A stretch of 63,701 nucleotides of DNA, the filler included, from Octopus bimaculoides (Eukaryota), in the NCBI RefSeq assembly GCF_001194135.2. It is 10 parts of 8 records of this genome, joined end to end, with 100 filler letters (N's around TTAATTAATTAA, not from the genome) between each part and the next. Parts side by side here need not be neighbours in the genome. Positions count along the whole stretch, not along the records: positions 46,107 to 48,416 come from NC_068986.1; positions 48,517 to 52,189 come from NC_068982.1; positions 52,290 to 57,663 come from NC_069007.1; positions 57,764 to 62,512 come from NC_068986.1; 6 more parts are not named here. One strand, 5' to 3'. Each line of letters begins with the position of its first letter. The stretch's first letter is position 1. Shown here one piece after another: positions 47,753-60,459 of the stretch. The notes beneath the pieces were generated by a model, which was given only the letters and a program-made list of their open reading frames with translations, was not told the origin of the DNA and searched no databases. The position numbers were made by a program, and so were the translations under genes.

Positions 47753-48321
47753 AAAGAATATATATATATATATGATGGATGCACGCACATATAAGCTTGT
47801 TGAACTGTATAAGTGTACGTTAATGTTACAACACGCAAGGCCACATATCAAGATGAAAACAAATTTACTTCACTGCTTCTCCATACACGCATAACCTACA
47901 TAGTTACCTGTGTTGCTTTCTCTTGAACACATAGCAGTGGTTTGTGTGTAAGTGTTTCAGTGTGTTGTCCTGTTTTATGAATATTTAATAGTCATTATTG
48001 CAACCATACAGGCATGCAATACATACACATATAAGGTAAGGATCATAACATATGCGCACACATACGTATATGCGTACGTGCGTCTGTGTGTTTATGTCTC
48101 GTATATGGGTACGCATCGATGGATATTATTGTCCAGCTAGTTGTGTCTTTGTTTTCATATTATAGATGGTGTAGTGTTGTATTTCTGTACTTTAATACCA
48201 AAGTTCAATCTGGCTGTATGGCCATAAATAAAAAGGTAGATGAGAATAATCACAACGTTTACACCAAAAGAATGATAACAATCCTCACTATCTTTTTCTC
48301 TCTGTGGATATATCTATATCC

Positions 48322-48373
<52 letters not shown>

Positions 48374-48627
48374 CTTTCGCTTTTTTCTCTCTCTCGGTAT
48401 ATATATATATATATATNNNNNNNNNNNNNNNNNNNNNNNNNNNNNNNNNNNNNNNNNNNNTTAATTAATTAANNNNNNNNNNNNNNNNNNNNNNNNNNNN
48501 NNNNNNNNNNNNNNNNCCCGGTTACGTTTCCAAATAAATTACAGTATTTACTACACTTTTGTCAATGAACGAAATACTAATGAAATATAGGAGAATATAC
48601 CAACCCTGGTGATATAATGAATGTAAT

Positions 48628-48793
48628 GCTTCTGCTGTTTAGTTACGCCTATTTCTTTTCTGAATGTTAATCCCACGGGTTTGACACTGTCTTTTATTCT
48701 GATTGGATCGATGATCTAAGTACAAGTACTAGACTCAAGTCGATATCGATCAAACTATTGTATCTATGCAATAAATCATCATCATCATCATCA

Positions 48794-48846
<53 letters not shown>

Positions 48847-49824
48847 GTTGTTGTTGTTGTTGTTGTCACTGAAGGCGGCGAGCTGGCACAATCGTTAGCA
48901 CGCCGCATGGTATTTCGTCTGTCTTTACGTTCTGAGTTCAAATTCCACCGAGGTGGACTTTGCCATTCATTCTTTCGGGGTCGATAAATTAAGTACCAGT
49001 TGCGTACCGGGGTCGATCTAATCCACTGGTTCCTCCCCAAACATTTCGGGCCTCGTGTCTAGAGTAGAAAAGAATCGTTAGCACGCCGGGCATAATGCTT
49101 AGTGGTATTTCGTCCATATTTACGTTCTGAGTTCAAATTCTACCGAGGCCGACTTTACCTTTCATCTTTTCAGGGTCGATAAACTAAGTACCAGTTGAAC
49201 ATTGGGGTCTCCAATCTTTCTGTCCTTGTGCTACAATTTGAAACCATTATTATTGTTATTGCTGCTGTTGTTGTTATCATGGTAAATCTGGTATAGAAAT
49301 GAATGAAATAATATAGCAACCGATATGGGTCTGAATTGCCATTTGAAAGGTTACGTTAATATAATATATTTTTAATACACATAGACCTTTAAGTAAATGT
49401 ACTGAAATAATAATAATCTGATATTTGCCTTTCCTGCCCTAGGAATCGATAAAATGCTAAGGTATCTCGTTTATTGCTCTATCTAATTCCCTATATTTTT
49501 TCTGACAATTATTCCACCATGTTTCAATTCGACAACCAACGATTCTGACGTGCGCATGATGCTTTTTAGATCATGTTGTGGTAAGCAATTTTTGTATTTT
49601 CATAACTTGCGGACGTTCGGACCACGTGGGAGAATAGGAAGAATAGTTAGAATGGCACATAACATAATAATGATGATTTATTGCATAGATACAATAGTTT
49701 GATCCATATCGACTTGAGTCTAGTACTTGTACTTAGATCATCGATCCAATCAGTATAAAAGGCTGTGTCAAACCCGTGGGATTAACATTCAGAAAAGAAA
49801 TAGGCGTAACTAAACAGCAGAAGC
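48628..49824. repeat. 154 bp inverted duplication (48628-48781 / 49671-49824)
   Basis: GCTTCTGCTGTTTAGTTACGCC..GCAATAAATCATCA and its reverse complement; 4 mismatches counted. Confidence 0.9.
48872..49245 (+). mobile_element. Two head-to-tail SINE B copies
   Basis: GGCGGCGAGCTGGCACAATCGTTAGCACGCC..GTAGAAAAGAATCGTTAGCACGCCGGG..GTCGATAAACTAAGTACCAG. Confidence 0.85.
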
Positions 49825-49992
49825 CTTTTTCTGTCTTTACTTTCTCAGTCTAAATGCTGCCGGGGTGTAACTTTGCCTTTTATCCCCTCTGGGTCAAGAA
49901 AAGAAGTGCCAGATGAGCATTGGGGTTGATGTAATAAACATTCTCCGAAACTGCTGGTCTCGTGCTAAAATTAGAAAACAATAGTTTGCAAA

Positions 49993-50440
49993 GGTAGGCG
50001 GCGAGCTGACAGAATCATCAGAATACGGGACAAAATGCTTAGCAGTATTTCTTCCGACTTTATATTTTGAGTTCATAAGGCGGTGAGCTGGCAGAATTCT
50101 TAGTACGTTGGACGAAAGGCTTAGTGATATTTCGTCCGTCGCTAGGTTGTGAGTTCAAATTGCGCCGAGGTCAACTTTACCTTTCATCCTTTTGGAGTCG
50201 ATAAATTAAGAACCAGTTGAGTACTGGACTCGGTGTAATCGATTTTCCCGCTTCCCCAAATTTCAGGCCTTGTACCTATTATAGAAAGGATTATATTTTG
50301 AGTTCACATGCCGCTGCCGGTCTATACTGCGTTTTATCCTCGCGGGTTCGATAAAATAGGTACCTGTTTAGCAATGGAGCCGATATAATTCACTTACATT
50401 CTCCTCTGAAATTGTTGGCCTTGTGCCAAATTTGAAACCA
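49993..50440 (+). mobile_element. Three tandem SINE B copies or fragments
   Basis: GGCGGCGAGCTGACAGAA (about 49997), GGCGGTGAGCTGGCAGAA (about 50079), GAGTTCACATG..GGTTCGATAAAATAGGTACC (about 50300). Confidence 0.8.
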
Positions 50441-50640
50441 ATATTTTGCGAAGATCTCACCATTTTATACGTTGTTGCATTAGTTAATGCCTTGTGGAAA
50501 TAAGTGGTTTAGTTAAATAACTATATAGTTCGAATGTATTATTTAAAATCACACAATTGCCTGTTTGAGACCAGAGTATACCGTAACAATTTCACTTATG
50601 GGGATCTGAGATTAGGGGTGAAAACCATGTCATTGATTAT

Positions 50641-50699
50641 ACATCATTTACATTATTTACAATTGACGGATATTTGTCCTCATCTTGTTTCCTGTTAAC
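50641..50699 (-). mobile_element. Inverted PLE/SINE-D tail segment abutting Penelope RT
   Basis: Reverse complement GTTAACAGGAAACAAGATGAGGACAAATATCCGTCAATTGTAAATAATGTAAATGATGT is homologous to 2655-2712. Confidence 0.75.
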
Positions 50700-51110
50700 C
50701 AGATGGTGAGTCTAGATGTGATAAGTCTGTTCACCAAAGTCCCAACGGGTGAAGCACTATCGGTGATTCAAGAAAAACTAGTGACAGACACCCATCTAAA
50801 AGAACGCACTAGTATACCAATAAGAAAGTTGATGGAAATGTTGACCTTCTGTGTAGAAACTACCTACTTCAGTATGAACACATATATATATAGATATCGA
50901 GAAGAAGATGGTTTAGCTATGGGTTCGCCATTATCACCGATATTAGCCAATATATACATGGAATACTTTGAGAATTTGTCTTTAGCATCAACACCACTAA
51001 AACCAACCCTAGGGCTGCAATATGTTGATGATACCTTTATACTCTGACCCCACCAGGAAGATGTCCAGGTGTTGTTAGATCATGTGAACTGAATAAAACC
51101 ATCCATACAG
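50697..51110 (+). pseudogene. Penelope-like element reverse transcriptase fragment
   Basis: NQMVSLDVISLFTKVP..DGLAMGSPLSPILANIYMEYFE..QYVDDTFIL*..LLDHVN*IKPSIQ. Confidence 0.9.
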
Positions 51111-51744
51111 TGCAATAGGAAGTAACAGACAAAGCACATTATCTCTGAAAAAGACGGTGCAGTAATCATGTGTTATCAGATGCTAAGAATATATAAGACC
51201 GATAACATTTCCTTTCAAGCTACATATTCAGCATTTAGAATTTTATTACCAGACATATGCAATGACGTTTTATTACTAACAACCCGCAAGGTTATTTGGT
51301 GTGAGTTAAGTTTCAACACCCATATATTATGGTGTATATTGTTAGGGAAATTATGCTACGTAAAAGGATTTTTATCAATAAGAATTAATGATATTTCTGT
51401 ATTGTGTTGTGTGCGACGTGACGGCAATGAAATGTTACCTTATTGTGAATACTGTTGTTCTTTTTAATGCACACTCAGCTCGAGATGCTGAAACAAGCAA
51501 CAGGTTTAATTTTCCTTTATTGTTCACTATTCATTGTTTGGTGTATGCTATTATTATATCAGTGGTAACATCTGTTTTTAACAAAAGGGCTTCCAATGAA
51601 CTTTAATGTGTTGAACATTGAATGACGTTATCTTAAAAATAGACGACAAACAGGAGATTCCTACTATTGAGAAGATTTGTGGTGGTTAGTTTTTTAGAGT
51701 TTATCTATCATATAGGCAAGTCTAATATTGATTTCAGTATTTTA

Positions 51745-51930
51745 GTACAAGGCGAGCAAGATACGGGGAGGGGATAAGTCGATTACATCGACCCCAGTAC
51801 TCAACTGGTATTTATTTTTTCGACACTGAAATGATGAAAGGCAAAGTCGACCTCGGCGAAATTTGAACTCAAAACGGACGAATTGCCGCAATCATCTTGC
51901 CCTACGTGCTAATGATCCTGTCAGTTGGCC
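51745..51930 (-). mobile_element. SINE family B
   Basis: GTCGATTACATCGACCCCAGTACTCAACTGGTA..GATGAAAGGCAAAGTCGACCTCGGCG.AATTTGAACTCA. Confidence 0.85.
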
Positions 51931-52764
51931 GCCTAAACAACCAGTGTAATATTCTTTTCTACTTTTGTCACAAGGCCCGACATTTTCGGGTAAAGGGTCA
52001 GTTTTTCACTCACCTTCGTCTTTCTAGGCTCCACTTTTATTTCGCAGACCTCCAACTCTTGCACGTCTACTCCTTTGCTCGTTGCGGCCGCATAACTTGA
52101 GCCTGCCTCCGGCGCCTCCTCTATGTTCCCACAGTGGGAAAGAAAACAACAATTAACGAATGAACAATGGCAACAATTCAATAAACGGTNNNNNNNNNNN
52201 NNNNNNNNNNNNNNNNNNNNNNNNNNNNNNNNNTTAATTAATTAANNNNNNNNNNNNNNNNNNNNNNNNNNNNNNNNNNNNNNNNNNNNTATATATATAT
52301 ATATATATATATGCACACACATACACACATATATATGGTAATACTTCAACAGGTAGGAAAGCACTCGCTCAGGTAAGAGAGTACAGGTAATTCCAAATTA
52401 AAAACCACAAATCTTGCAATTACAGCTACCCAGGGTTTCCTGTTAGAAGTAATAATTCATTCCATTTCTCAGTTGTCTGTTAAGCAGATAACGTTTACGC
52501 ATATGTGTGTGTATATATTCTTATTTACATGCATGTATATCTTTATTACTTCTACATTTATACATTTATATATGTGTGTGTAGGTGTTTATATATAAATA
52601 TTTTTTTTTTGTCGTTTTCTCACTTGATAACCGATGTCGGGTTCTTTACGTCCCCGTACGCTACCTGTTCGGTAAAAGGGCCGACAAAACAATATTAGAC
52701 GTAAAATGCGTGCACATACTTTAGGACGTACTGGCTCAATGTGCTACGCACCCTGTTGTTGTTG

Positions 52765-53145
52765 TTGTTTGCACTCCGTCGCTTACGACGTTGAAGGTTC
52801 CAGTTGATTCAATCAATGGAACAGCCTGCTCGTGAAATTAACGTGCAAGTGGCTGAGCACTCCACAGACACGTGTACCCTTAACGTAGTTCTCGGGGATA
52901 TTCAGTGTGACACAGTGTGACAAGGCTGACCCTTTGAATTACAGGCACAACGGAAACAGGAAGTAAGAGTGAGAGAAAGTTGTGGTGAAAGAGTACAGCC
53001 GGGTTCGCCACCATCCCTTGCCGGAGCCGTGTGGGGCTTTAGGTGTTTTCGCTCAATAATCACTCACAACGACCGGTCTGGGAATCGAAACTGCGATCCT
53101 ATGACCGCGAGTCCGCTGCCCTAACCACTGGGCCATTGCGCCTCA
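52765..53145 (-). mobile_element. SINE family C', full length
   Basis: Reverse complement very similar to 36632-37022; (GTT)n tail at 52755-52770. Confidence 0.9.
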
Positions 53146-53824
53146 ACTCTACGCACCCTAACAGAAACCCAAATCACATGGTCCTCAACCACACTTGTTA
53201 ACTACACAAACGTGCTTGCCTCAAGCCACACGGTCGCGCTGTAGAACCAGCATTGCTTTCTCTTTCTCCATTTCTCTCACAACCACGAATGATAGGAAAG
53301 CAGGGACTGTGTCTTTATCTGCTGGTGTGTACAGAAACGCCGAAAGGCAAACACAAGCCGACAGCCATACTCGCTTGCGTGTGATGGCTAACCTATTTAA
53401 GGAGGATTTAGCTGAAATTTCTTATAAATCCTTCGACCACGTAGAGGTTTAACCGCTAATTTAAAATGTGTGTGTGAATCGATTATTTGGGAAAATTAAT
53501 CAGCCGAGAGCATTAATTAGCCATGCATGTCAATCACTCGTTTATGTCAAACAGCTGCCTATGTTGCTTTTCCTGTTGTCGTTTAGCCCTAGGTAAGACC
53601 TCATCGACCACTCCTATCTTCAGCTGCGTTAGAACATTATGTTATGTGCCCCTCATGTGTTAGGAGGTGGCTTGAATAATATTTTGGTTGCTATTTCTAG
53701 CAGTTTACAACAAAAGGAAAGAGAAGAAGAAAATAATGAAAAAGAACAACAGTTATAAGAAGAACGAGAATGTGAACGAAGATAGACTGAAAGAAGATTG
53801 AAAGGGGGTGGGGTGAGTGTAATA

Positions 53825-54012
53825 ATGTTGGTTCTAAATTGGCAAAGGGCTACTAATTTCGGGAGGGGGAGCTAACCGATTTTACCTCAGTGCCCAGCTG
53901 GTACTTATTTTATCGACCCTCGAAAAGATGAAAGGCAAAGTCGACTTCGGTGGAATTTGAAGCTGGAACGTAAAGACGGACGAAATGCCGCTGGACATTT
54001 TGGCCAGCGCGG
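53825..54012 (-). mobile_element. SINE family B
   Basis: CTGGTACTTATTTTATCGACCC..GATGAAAGGCAAAGTCGAC.TCGG.GGAATTTGAA..GTAAAGACGGACGAAAT. Confidence 0.8.
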
Positions 54013-54029
54013 GTATTATTAGATATAGT

Positions 54030-54036
54030 AGTGGCT

Positions 54037-54069
<33 letters not shown>

Positions 54070-54390
54070 TGGCAACGAATGTGGAGGTAACGGCAGAAAA
54101 AGGGTAAATGAAAGGCTAGAAAAGACGAACGAAAGAAAAAAATGAAAGAAGAATAACGAAGAAGGAGGAAAAGAAGTAGAATGAGGAAGAGGGGGCAAAG
54201 AAGAAAAAGAAGAAGAAGAAAAAGAAGACGAAGAAGAAGAAGAAGAAGAAGAAGAAGAAAAATAATAAGAAGAAAAATAATAATAAGAAGAAGAACAAGA
54301 AGAAGAAGAACAAGAAGAAGAAGAAGAAGAAGTAGAAGAACAAGAAGAAGAAGAAAGAGAAGAAGAAGAAGAAAAAGAAGAAGAAAAAGA

Positions 54391-54422
<32 letters not shown>

Positions 54423-54468
54423 AAGAAGAAGAAGAAGAAGAAGAAGAAGAAGAAGACGTAGTAGTTGC

Positions 54469-54500
<32 letters not shown>

Positions 54501-54784
54501 AAGAAGAAGAAGAAGAAGAAGAAGAAGAAGAAGAAGACGTAGTAGTTGCAGTAGTAGTAGTAGTAGTAGTAGTAGTANNNNNNNNNNNNNNNNNNNNNNN
54601 NNNNNNNNNNNNNNNNNNNNNNNNNNNNNNNNNNNNNNNNNNNNNNNNNNNNNNNNNNNNNNNNNNNNNNNNNNNNNNNNNNNNNNNNNNNNNNNNNNNN
54701 NNNNNNNNNNNNNNNNNNNNNNNNNNNNNNNNNNNNNNNNNNNNNNNNNNNNNNNNNNNNNNNNNNNNNNNNNNNAGTAGTTGC

Positions 54785-54816
<32 letters not shown>

Positions 54817-55030
54817 AAGAAGAAGAAGAAAAAGAAGAAGAAGAAGAAGAAGAAGAAGAAGAATGGGAAAAAGAAGAATAATTTGATGATGAAGTAAAGG
54901 GGTTAGGAAAACAAAGGCGATGAAAATACGAAGAAAGAGAAAGGAAAAACAAAGACGAAGAATAATAATAAGAAAAAGCAGCAAAAAGTAGGCGGAGGAT
55001 ATGGAGGAGGAGCAGAAGGAGGAAAGAGAG
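54030..55030. repeat. Large compound (AGT)n/(AGA)n trinucleotide tract
   Basis: Direct reading; includes a duplicated block (AGT)n(AGA)nAGACGTAGTAGTTGC; source of the spurious R/S/F-rich ORFs. Confidence 0.95.
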
Positions 55031-55234
55031 AAGGAAGAGATTGGAAGAGCAAGCGGGAGGGATGAAATAGAATGTAATTGCGTTTTCAAGTTGAAGATTT
55101 CCCCGGAGAAGGTTCTGGAAGGCTTCTCTTTAAATAGATGTACCGATTTATCTGAATCCACAAATGTGACATACTTATATGCACACATAATTTATATACA
55201 CACATACATACATACATACATACATACATACATA

Positions 55235-55455
55235 CATACATACAAGCTGAAGATTAGTGAAAAAGAGGATACGAACGCTGAACTATTTAGAAATCTGTAG
55301 TTATTCTATCCAGATTACAAGTTCAGGGATATGTAACACGCTGCCTAAATACCAATCTTGAGAAATTAGGCTTCTCAAAACCAGAAAGGAGAAAGCTGAT
55401 TCGAAGACTACAAATCCAGGCCATCACTGGAACTGTAAAAATCTGTATAACTTGC
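55235..55455 (+). pseudogene. C-terminal fragment of a second RLE-type non-LTR retrotransposon family
   Basis: KISEKE..AELFRNL*LFYPDYKF then GYVTRCLNTNLEKLGFSKPERRKLIRRLQIQAITGTVKIC, resembling RLE ORF C-termini. Confidence 0.55.
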
Positions 55456-55475
55456 CAGGAGTTTATCATTTAAGT

Positions 55476-55648
55476 AGGAGTGGTTGTGTGGTATGTAGCT
55501 TGCTTATCAATCACATGGTTCCGGGTTCAGTGCCACTGCGTGGCATATTGGGCAAATGGCTTCTACTATAGCCTCGGGCCGACCAGAGCCTTGTGAGTGG
55601 ATTTGGTAGACGGAAACTGAAAAGAAGTCCGTCGTATATACGTATATG

Positions 55649-55705
<57 letters not shown>

Positions 55706-56018
55706 TTGTGTGTCTGTGTTTGTCTTCCCATGATTGTTAGTCTGACACTCTAAACAATAAGCCATGCACCTTCGTGTACGCTGATATCATATAAATCGTT
55801 GATGGCGGTGAGCTGGCAGAATTGTTAAGACGCTGGACGAAATTCTTAGTGGCATTTCGCCCGTCGCTACGTTCTGAGTTCAAATTCAACCGAGGCTGAC
55901 TTTGCTTTCATCCTTTCGAAGTCGATAAATTAAGTACCAGTCAAGTACTGGGGTCGATCATATCGACCTTCCTCTCTCCACAAAATATTTCAGGCCTTGT
56001 ACCTACAGTAAAAAGTAT
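55476..56018 (+). mobile_element. SINE A 5' half (55476-55740) and SINE B (55803-56018)
   Basis: Family A head through (TG)n; family B GGCGGTGAGCTGGCAGAA..GTCGATAAATTAAGTACCAG..CAGGCCTTGTACCTACAGTA. Confidence 0.85.
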
Positions 56019-56461
56019 TATATAAACCGTTGATGCTATTTACTTCGTTGATATATTTATACATTATAAGTCATGGCTGTGAATTTAAATGCATCCGGAA
56101 GTGGGACCCTGGTACGAGAATTTCGGTGTTTTGAGGAGCGTAGAACCATCTCTTAGCCAATTATTGTTCCCAGATCTCCGCTGACCCGGACTGGTAGCAT
56201 CTGCAAGGAGGCCCAGCCATTGGTTTATTAACATATTAGGTTTTGCCTATGGATGTGTAGACTGGATCCGATCGACTCAGGCGAAGAAAGCTTGCTGGTT
56301 CAACGGCGTTGAGAGATGTAGGAGCAACGGGTGTGGAGTGCATCCCTCATCGTCTTGACCTGGTCGTGCAACCAGACTGCGGATGGTCGCGGACGGAGAC
56401 CGAGGTTGACGGTGCAAAACTGTTGTTTATTTCAAATAAAGTCACTGCGCAAGTGGTTGAA

Positions 56462-56532
56462 GTGCATGGCTTAGTGGGTAGGGTATTCGTTTTATGATCG
56501 TAATATTGAGGTTTCGATTCCAGGCGACGCGT
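56462..56532 (+). mobile_element. SINE family C head only
   Basis: GCATGGCTTAGTGGGTAGGGTATTCG..GATCGTAA..GGTTTCGATTCCAGGCGACGCG. Confidence 0.65.
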
Positions 56533-56719
56533 TCTGTCTGTCAACTGTCTGTCTGTCTGTCTGTCTGTCTATCCATCTATCTATCAACTTCAAGATTGCA
56601 ACTTTGTGTCTCGGTTGTACTAGAATACTGTTATTCAACATTTTGAGGAACTTCTCGCGTGTATTTATGTGTGTTTATGCGTACACTATATAAGTTACAC
56701 AAGGTTAATAGATCTGAGC

Positions 56720-56769
<50 letters not shown>

Positions 56770-56793
56770 CGTGNNNNNNNNNNTTTGCGTGTC

Positions 56794-56835
<42 letters not shown>

Positions 56836-57071
56836 TAAGTATATATATATATGTATATATATGTTTGTGTGCGTGTGTGTGTGTGTATACATACACATGC
56901 ATATACACACACGCACACACACACACAGATATATATATATATATATATATACGTGTGAATATATATATATCTTTACAGTTCATTTCAGTTATATAATACT
57001 CCACTATTAATTAATTAATTCTCAGAAACGTGATATATTTATTCAAGCCCACCACCACCACCATCACACAT

Positions 57072-57131
<60 letters not shown>

Positions 57132-57226
57132 TTTCTCTCTCTTNNNNNNNNNNNNNNNNNNNNNNNNNNNNNNNNNNNNNNNNNNNNNNNNNNNNNNNNN
57201 NNNNNNNNNNNNNNNNNNNNNNNNNN

Positions 57227-57282
<56 letters not shown>

Positions 57283-57769
57283 TTTCTCTCTCTTCTAATT
57301 TCTTTTCCTTAGACTTTCACCTTCCTTCCATACATTACTGAAATAATCTATCAATTTTTTCCTGCCAATAATTCTCTTCTCCACACACAAACACACACTC
57401 GTTATCTCACTTCTCATGCGTGAAATTTTGAGGAACATACGGTTACTGCAATGAAATCCTAACAGTAATGTCTATCTATCTATCTATCTATCTATCTGTG
57501 GCAAGAATGGTAAGAATGAAAGACGACACCATTTTAAGCATAGACTTGTAACAAAAGAGACAAAAAGAGAGAAGGTACTTACTTTCATGTACCTTAAAAA
57601 AAAAAAAAAGCCTGAGGTGACCGTGGTCTTTTCCGTAGGCTTTTCTCTCCACGGATAAACCTANNNNNNNNNNNNNNNNNNNNNNNNNNNNNNNNNNNNN
57701 NNNNNNNTTAATTAATTAANNNNNNNNNNNNNNNNNNNNNNNNNNNNNNNNNNNNNNNNNNNNGAAAGG

Positions 57770-58540
57770 GAAGGTGTAAGCATTATGCATGGACAAGGCT
57801 ATAAAAGATATGGTTATAAAGGATTCTCTGGTCAGAGTGGCAACACTCATATAGGTTGGGGCTTTTTTACTACTATCAAAATGTTGAGGAATTAAACCCT
57901 AGGTATATAGGTCAAACAGGGCTTTTTCTTTAGTCTGAATAGAGCATCAGTATTGTTTTACAGATATCAATATTAGTTTAACCAATATTTTAACAGTAAG
58001 AGGTATGCTAATAAAATAAAATAAAAAGCATGAAGTAATGTCAGTATTGAATTCAGGGGCTGTAAAGTCTAAGGATATTAAGTATATTGGGTTCATGAAA
58101 ATTATTTTGAATTATTTTAAAATTTTAGCTGATATATATAATAATACTATTTAGAAAACACATAAAATTTAGGCTTTATTTTTATGATGTGAAGAAAAAT
58201 TAGTATAGGATTTATATTAGTTTATGGGTTTACTAAGGTTTAAGGGACAGAAAAAGAAAAAGGATATTAGGAATTAACAAGGACATCCAATACAGGAACC
58301 TGATGATTGATTAAAAGTTCCATTAGTCATGGATTTGTTTCAAGATTAACATGGGCTAATTAAAAAATATTAATTGAATAAGGATTAGATTAATTTTGGG
58401 CATAAGGATTAGATTTATTTAAGTAAAAATACAAAATAAACAAGACACTATTGTTGTAAGCCCTGGAATAATGTAATAACAACAATAATAATGATTCTTT
58501 TAAAGTCAAGCATTAAATAACGTAAAAACTTATGAAAATT
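57770..58540 (-). pseudogene. Highly decayed Penelope-like RT C-terminal/thumb region
   Basis: Minus strand MELLINHQVPVLDVLV, SKPIN..YTNFSSHH and NFHE..ILNILRL resemble PLE motifs E.ExNxQLPFLDVLV, RKPT..YxNFxSHHP and FxEE..LxxILxxNGY; many stops. Confidence 0.45.
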
Positions 58541-59993
58541 TNNNNNNNNNNNNNNNNNNNNNNNNNNNNNNNNNNNNNNNNNNNNNNNNNNNNNNNNNNN
58601 NNNNNNNNNNNNNNNNNNNNNNNNNNNNNNNNNNNNNNNNNNNNNNNNNNNNNNNNNNNNNNNNNNNNNNNNNNNNNNNNNNNNNNNNNNNNNNNNNNNN
58701 NNNNNNNNNNNNNNNNNNNNNNNNNNNNNNNNNNNNNNNNNNNNNNNNNNNNNNNNNNNNNNNNNNNNNNNNNNNNNNNNNNNNNNNNNNNNNNNNNNNN
58801 NNNNNNNNNNNNNNNNNNNNNNNNNNNNNNNNNNNNNNNNNNNNNNNNNNNNNNNNNNNNNNNNNNNNNNNNNNNNNNNNNNNNNNNNNNNNNNNNNNNN
58901 NNNNNNNNNNNNNNNNNNNNNNNNNNNNNNNNNNNNNNNNNNNNNNNNNNNNNNNNNNNNNNNNNNNNNNNNNNNNNNNNNNNNNNNNNNNNNNNNNNNN
59001 NNNNNNNNNNNNNNNNNNNNNNNNNNNNNNNNNNNNNNNNNNNNNNNNNNNNNNNNNNNNNNNNNNNNNNNNNNNNNNNNNNNNNNNNNNNNNNNNNNNN
59101 NNNNNNNNNNNNNNNNNNNNNNNNNNNNNNNNNNNNNNNNNNNNNNNNNNNNNNNNNNNNNNNNNNNNNNNNNNNNNNNNNNNNNNNNNNNNNNNNNNNN
59201 NNNNNNNNNNNNNNNNNNNNNNNNNNNNNNNNNNNNNNNNNNNNNNNNNNNNNNNNNNNNNNNNNNNNNNNNNNNNNNNNNNNNNNNNNNNNNNNNNNNN
59301 NNNNNNNNNNNNNNNNNNNNNNNNNNNNNNNNNNNNNNNNNNNNNNNNNNNNNNNNNNNNNNNNNNNNNNNNNNNNNNNNNNNNNNNNNNNNNNNNNNNN
59401 NNNNNNNNNNNNNNNNNNNNNNNNNNNNTTAGAGTTCAAACTGTATGCCAAGAAAATTAGGATTTTCTAAACAAATGATGGAAAATAATTCATTTACAAA
59501 ATAAAACATATTAAAATGTGAGTAGATTCAAAGAAATATAAGAAAGAAAGAAAGAAAGAAAGAAAGCAAGAAAGAAAGAAAGAAAGAAAGAAAAGAAAGA
59601 AAGAAAGGGCATAGTTATAGACAATGCATGACAGAAATATTAAACTAGATACTAGCACTTCCGTGTTGCCGATACATTTGTATATATATGTGTGTGTTTG
59701 TAAGTAAGCATGTATGTGTTTATGTACATATATATGTGCGTGTGTGTATGTATATATATATATATATATACGTGCATGCATATATATATACGAATGCACG
59801 TATGAATGTGTGAATGTATGAATGTATGTATGTACGTATGTATATGTGTGTATGTACGTACGTACGTCAGTTTAATATACAGTATTATACAATCATTTCT
59901 GCCGATTTTAGCAATCCACTTCACACACGTGACTTGAGACGTAACGAAATACGTAGATATAAATACATATATCCCATATGTACAAATATACAT

Positions 59994-60057
<64 letters not shown>

Positions 60058-60422
60058 ATATGTAACTGATGGTGTGCGAGTGTGAATCGATCAAAATACG
60101 CAACAAAACTATATACACCTGACATAATTTCAACCTTTATGGTATAAACTAACAAAAATGTGGACATACTGCAAAAGTGACATCTATATTTTGTTATAAA
60201 TAGGAAATTTGTGTGTAAACAGCGACCATTTCATACTTAGTACAAGATACAATAAGAGAGCATTTAAGAATAACGTGTGAGTAAGTATCTATAATAATAA
60301 TAGTTGTAGAACATGCGTGAATGGGTCGCAAATTGAAGGCATTAGGAAGCATGGAATACACATACACGCACACAAACACACACACGCATATACACGTATT
60401 TATATGTATCTATATACATATA

Positions 60423-60459
<37 letters not shown>

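Noticed and set aside
51168-51467. 99 aa Cys-containing ORF
   Set aside because: No recognisable motif or splice context; the length is within chance expectation.
54019-55188. 389 aa, 278 aa and 199 aa R/S/F/L-rich ORFs
   Set aside because: Translations of (AGA)n/(AGT)n tracts that lack stops for compositional reasons.
57764-58541. Possible mitochondrial insertion (NUMT), suggested by composition
   Set aside because: I found no convincing mitochondrial protein or rRNA motif; decayed PLE RT motifs fit better.
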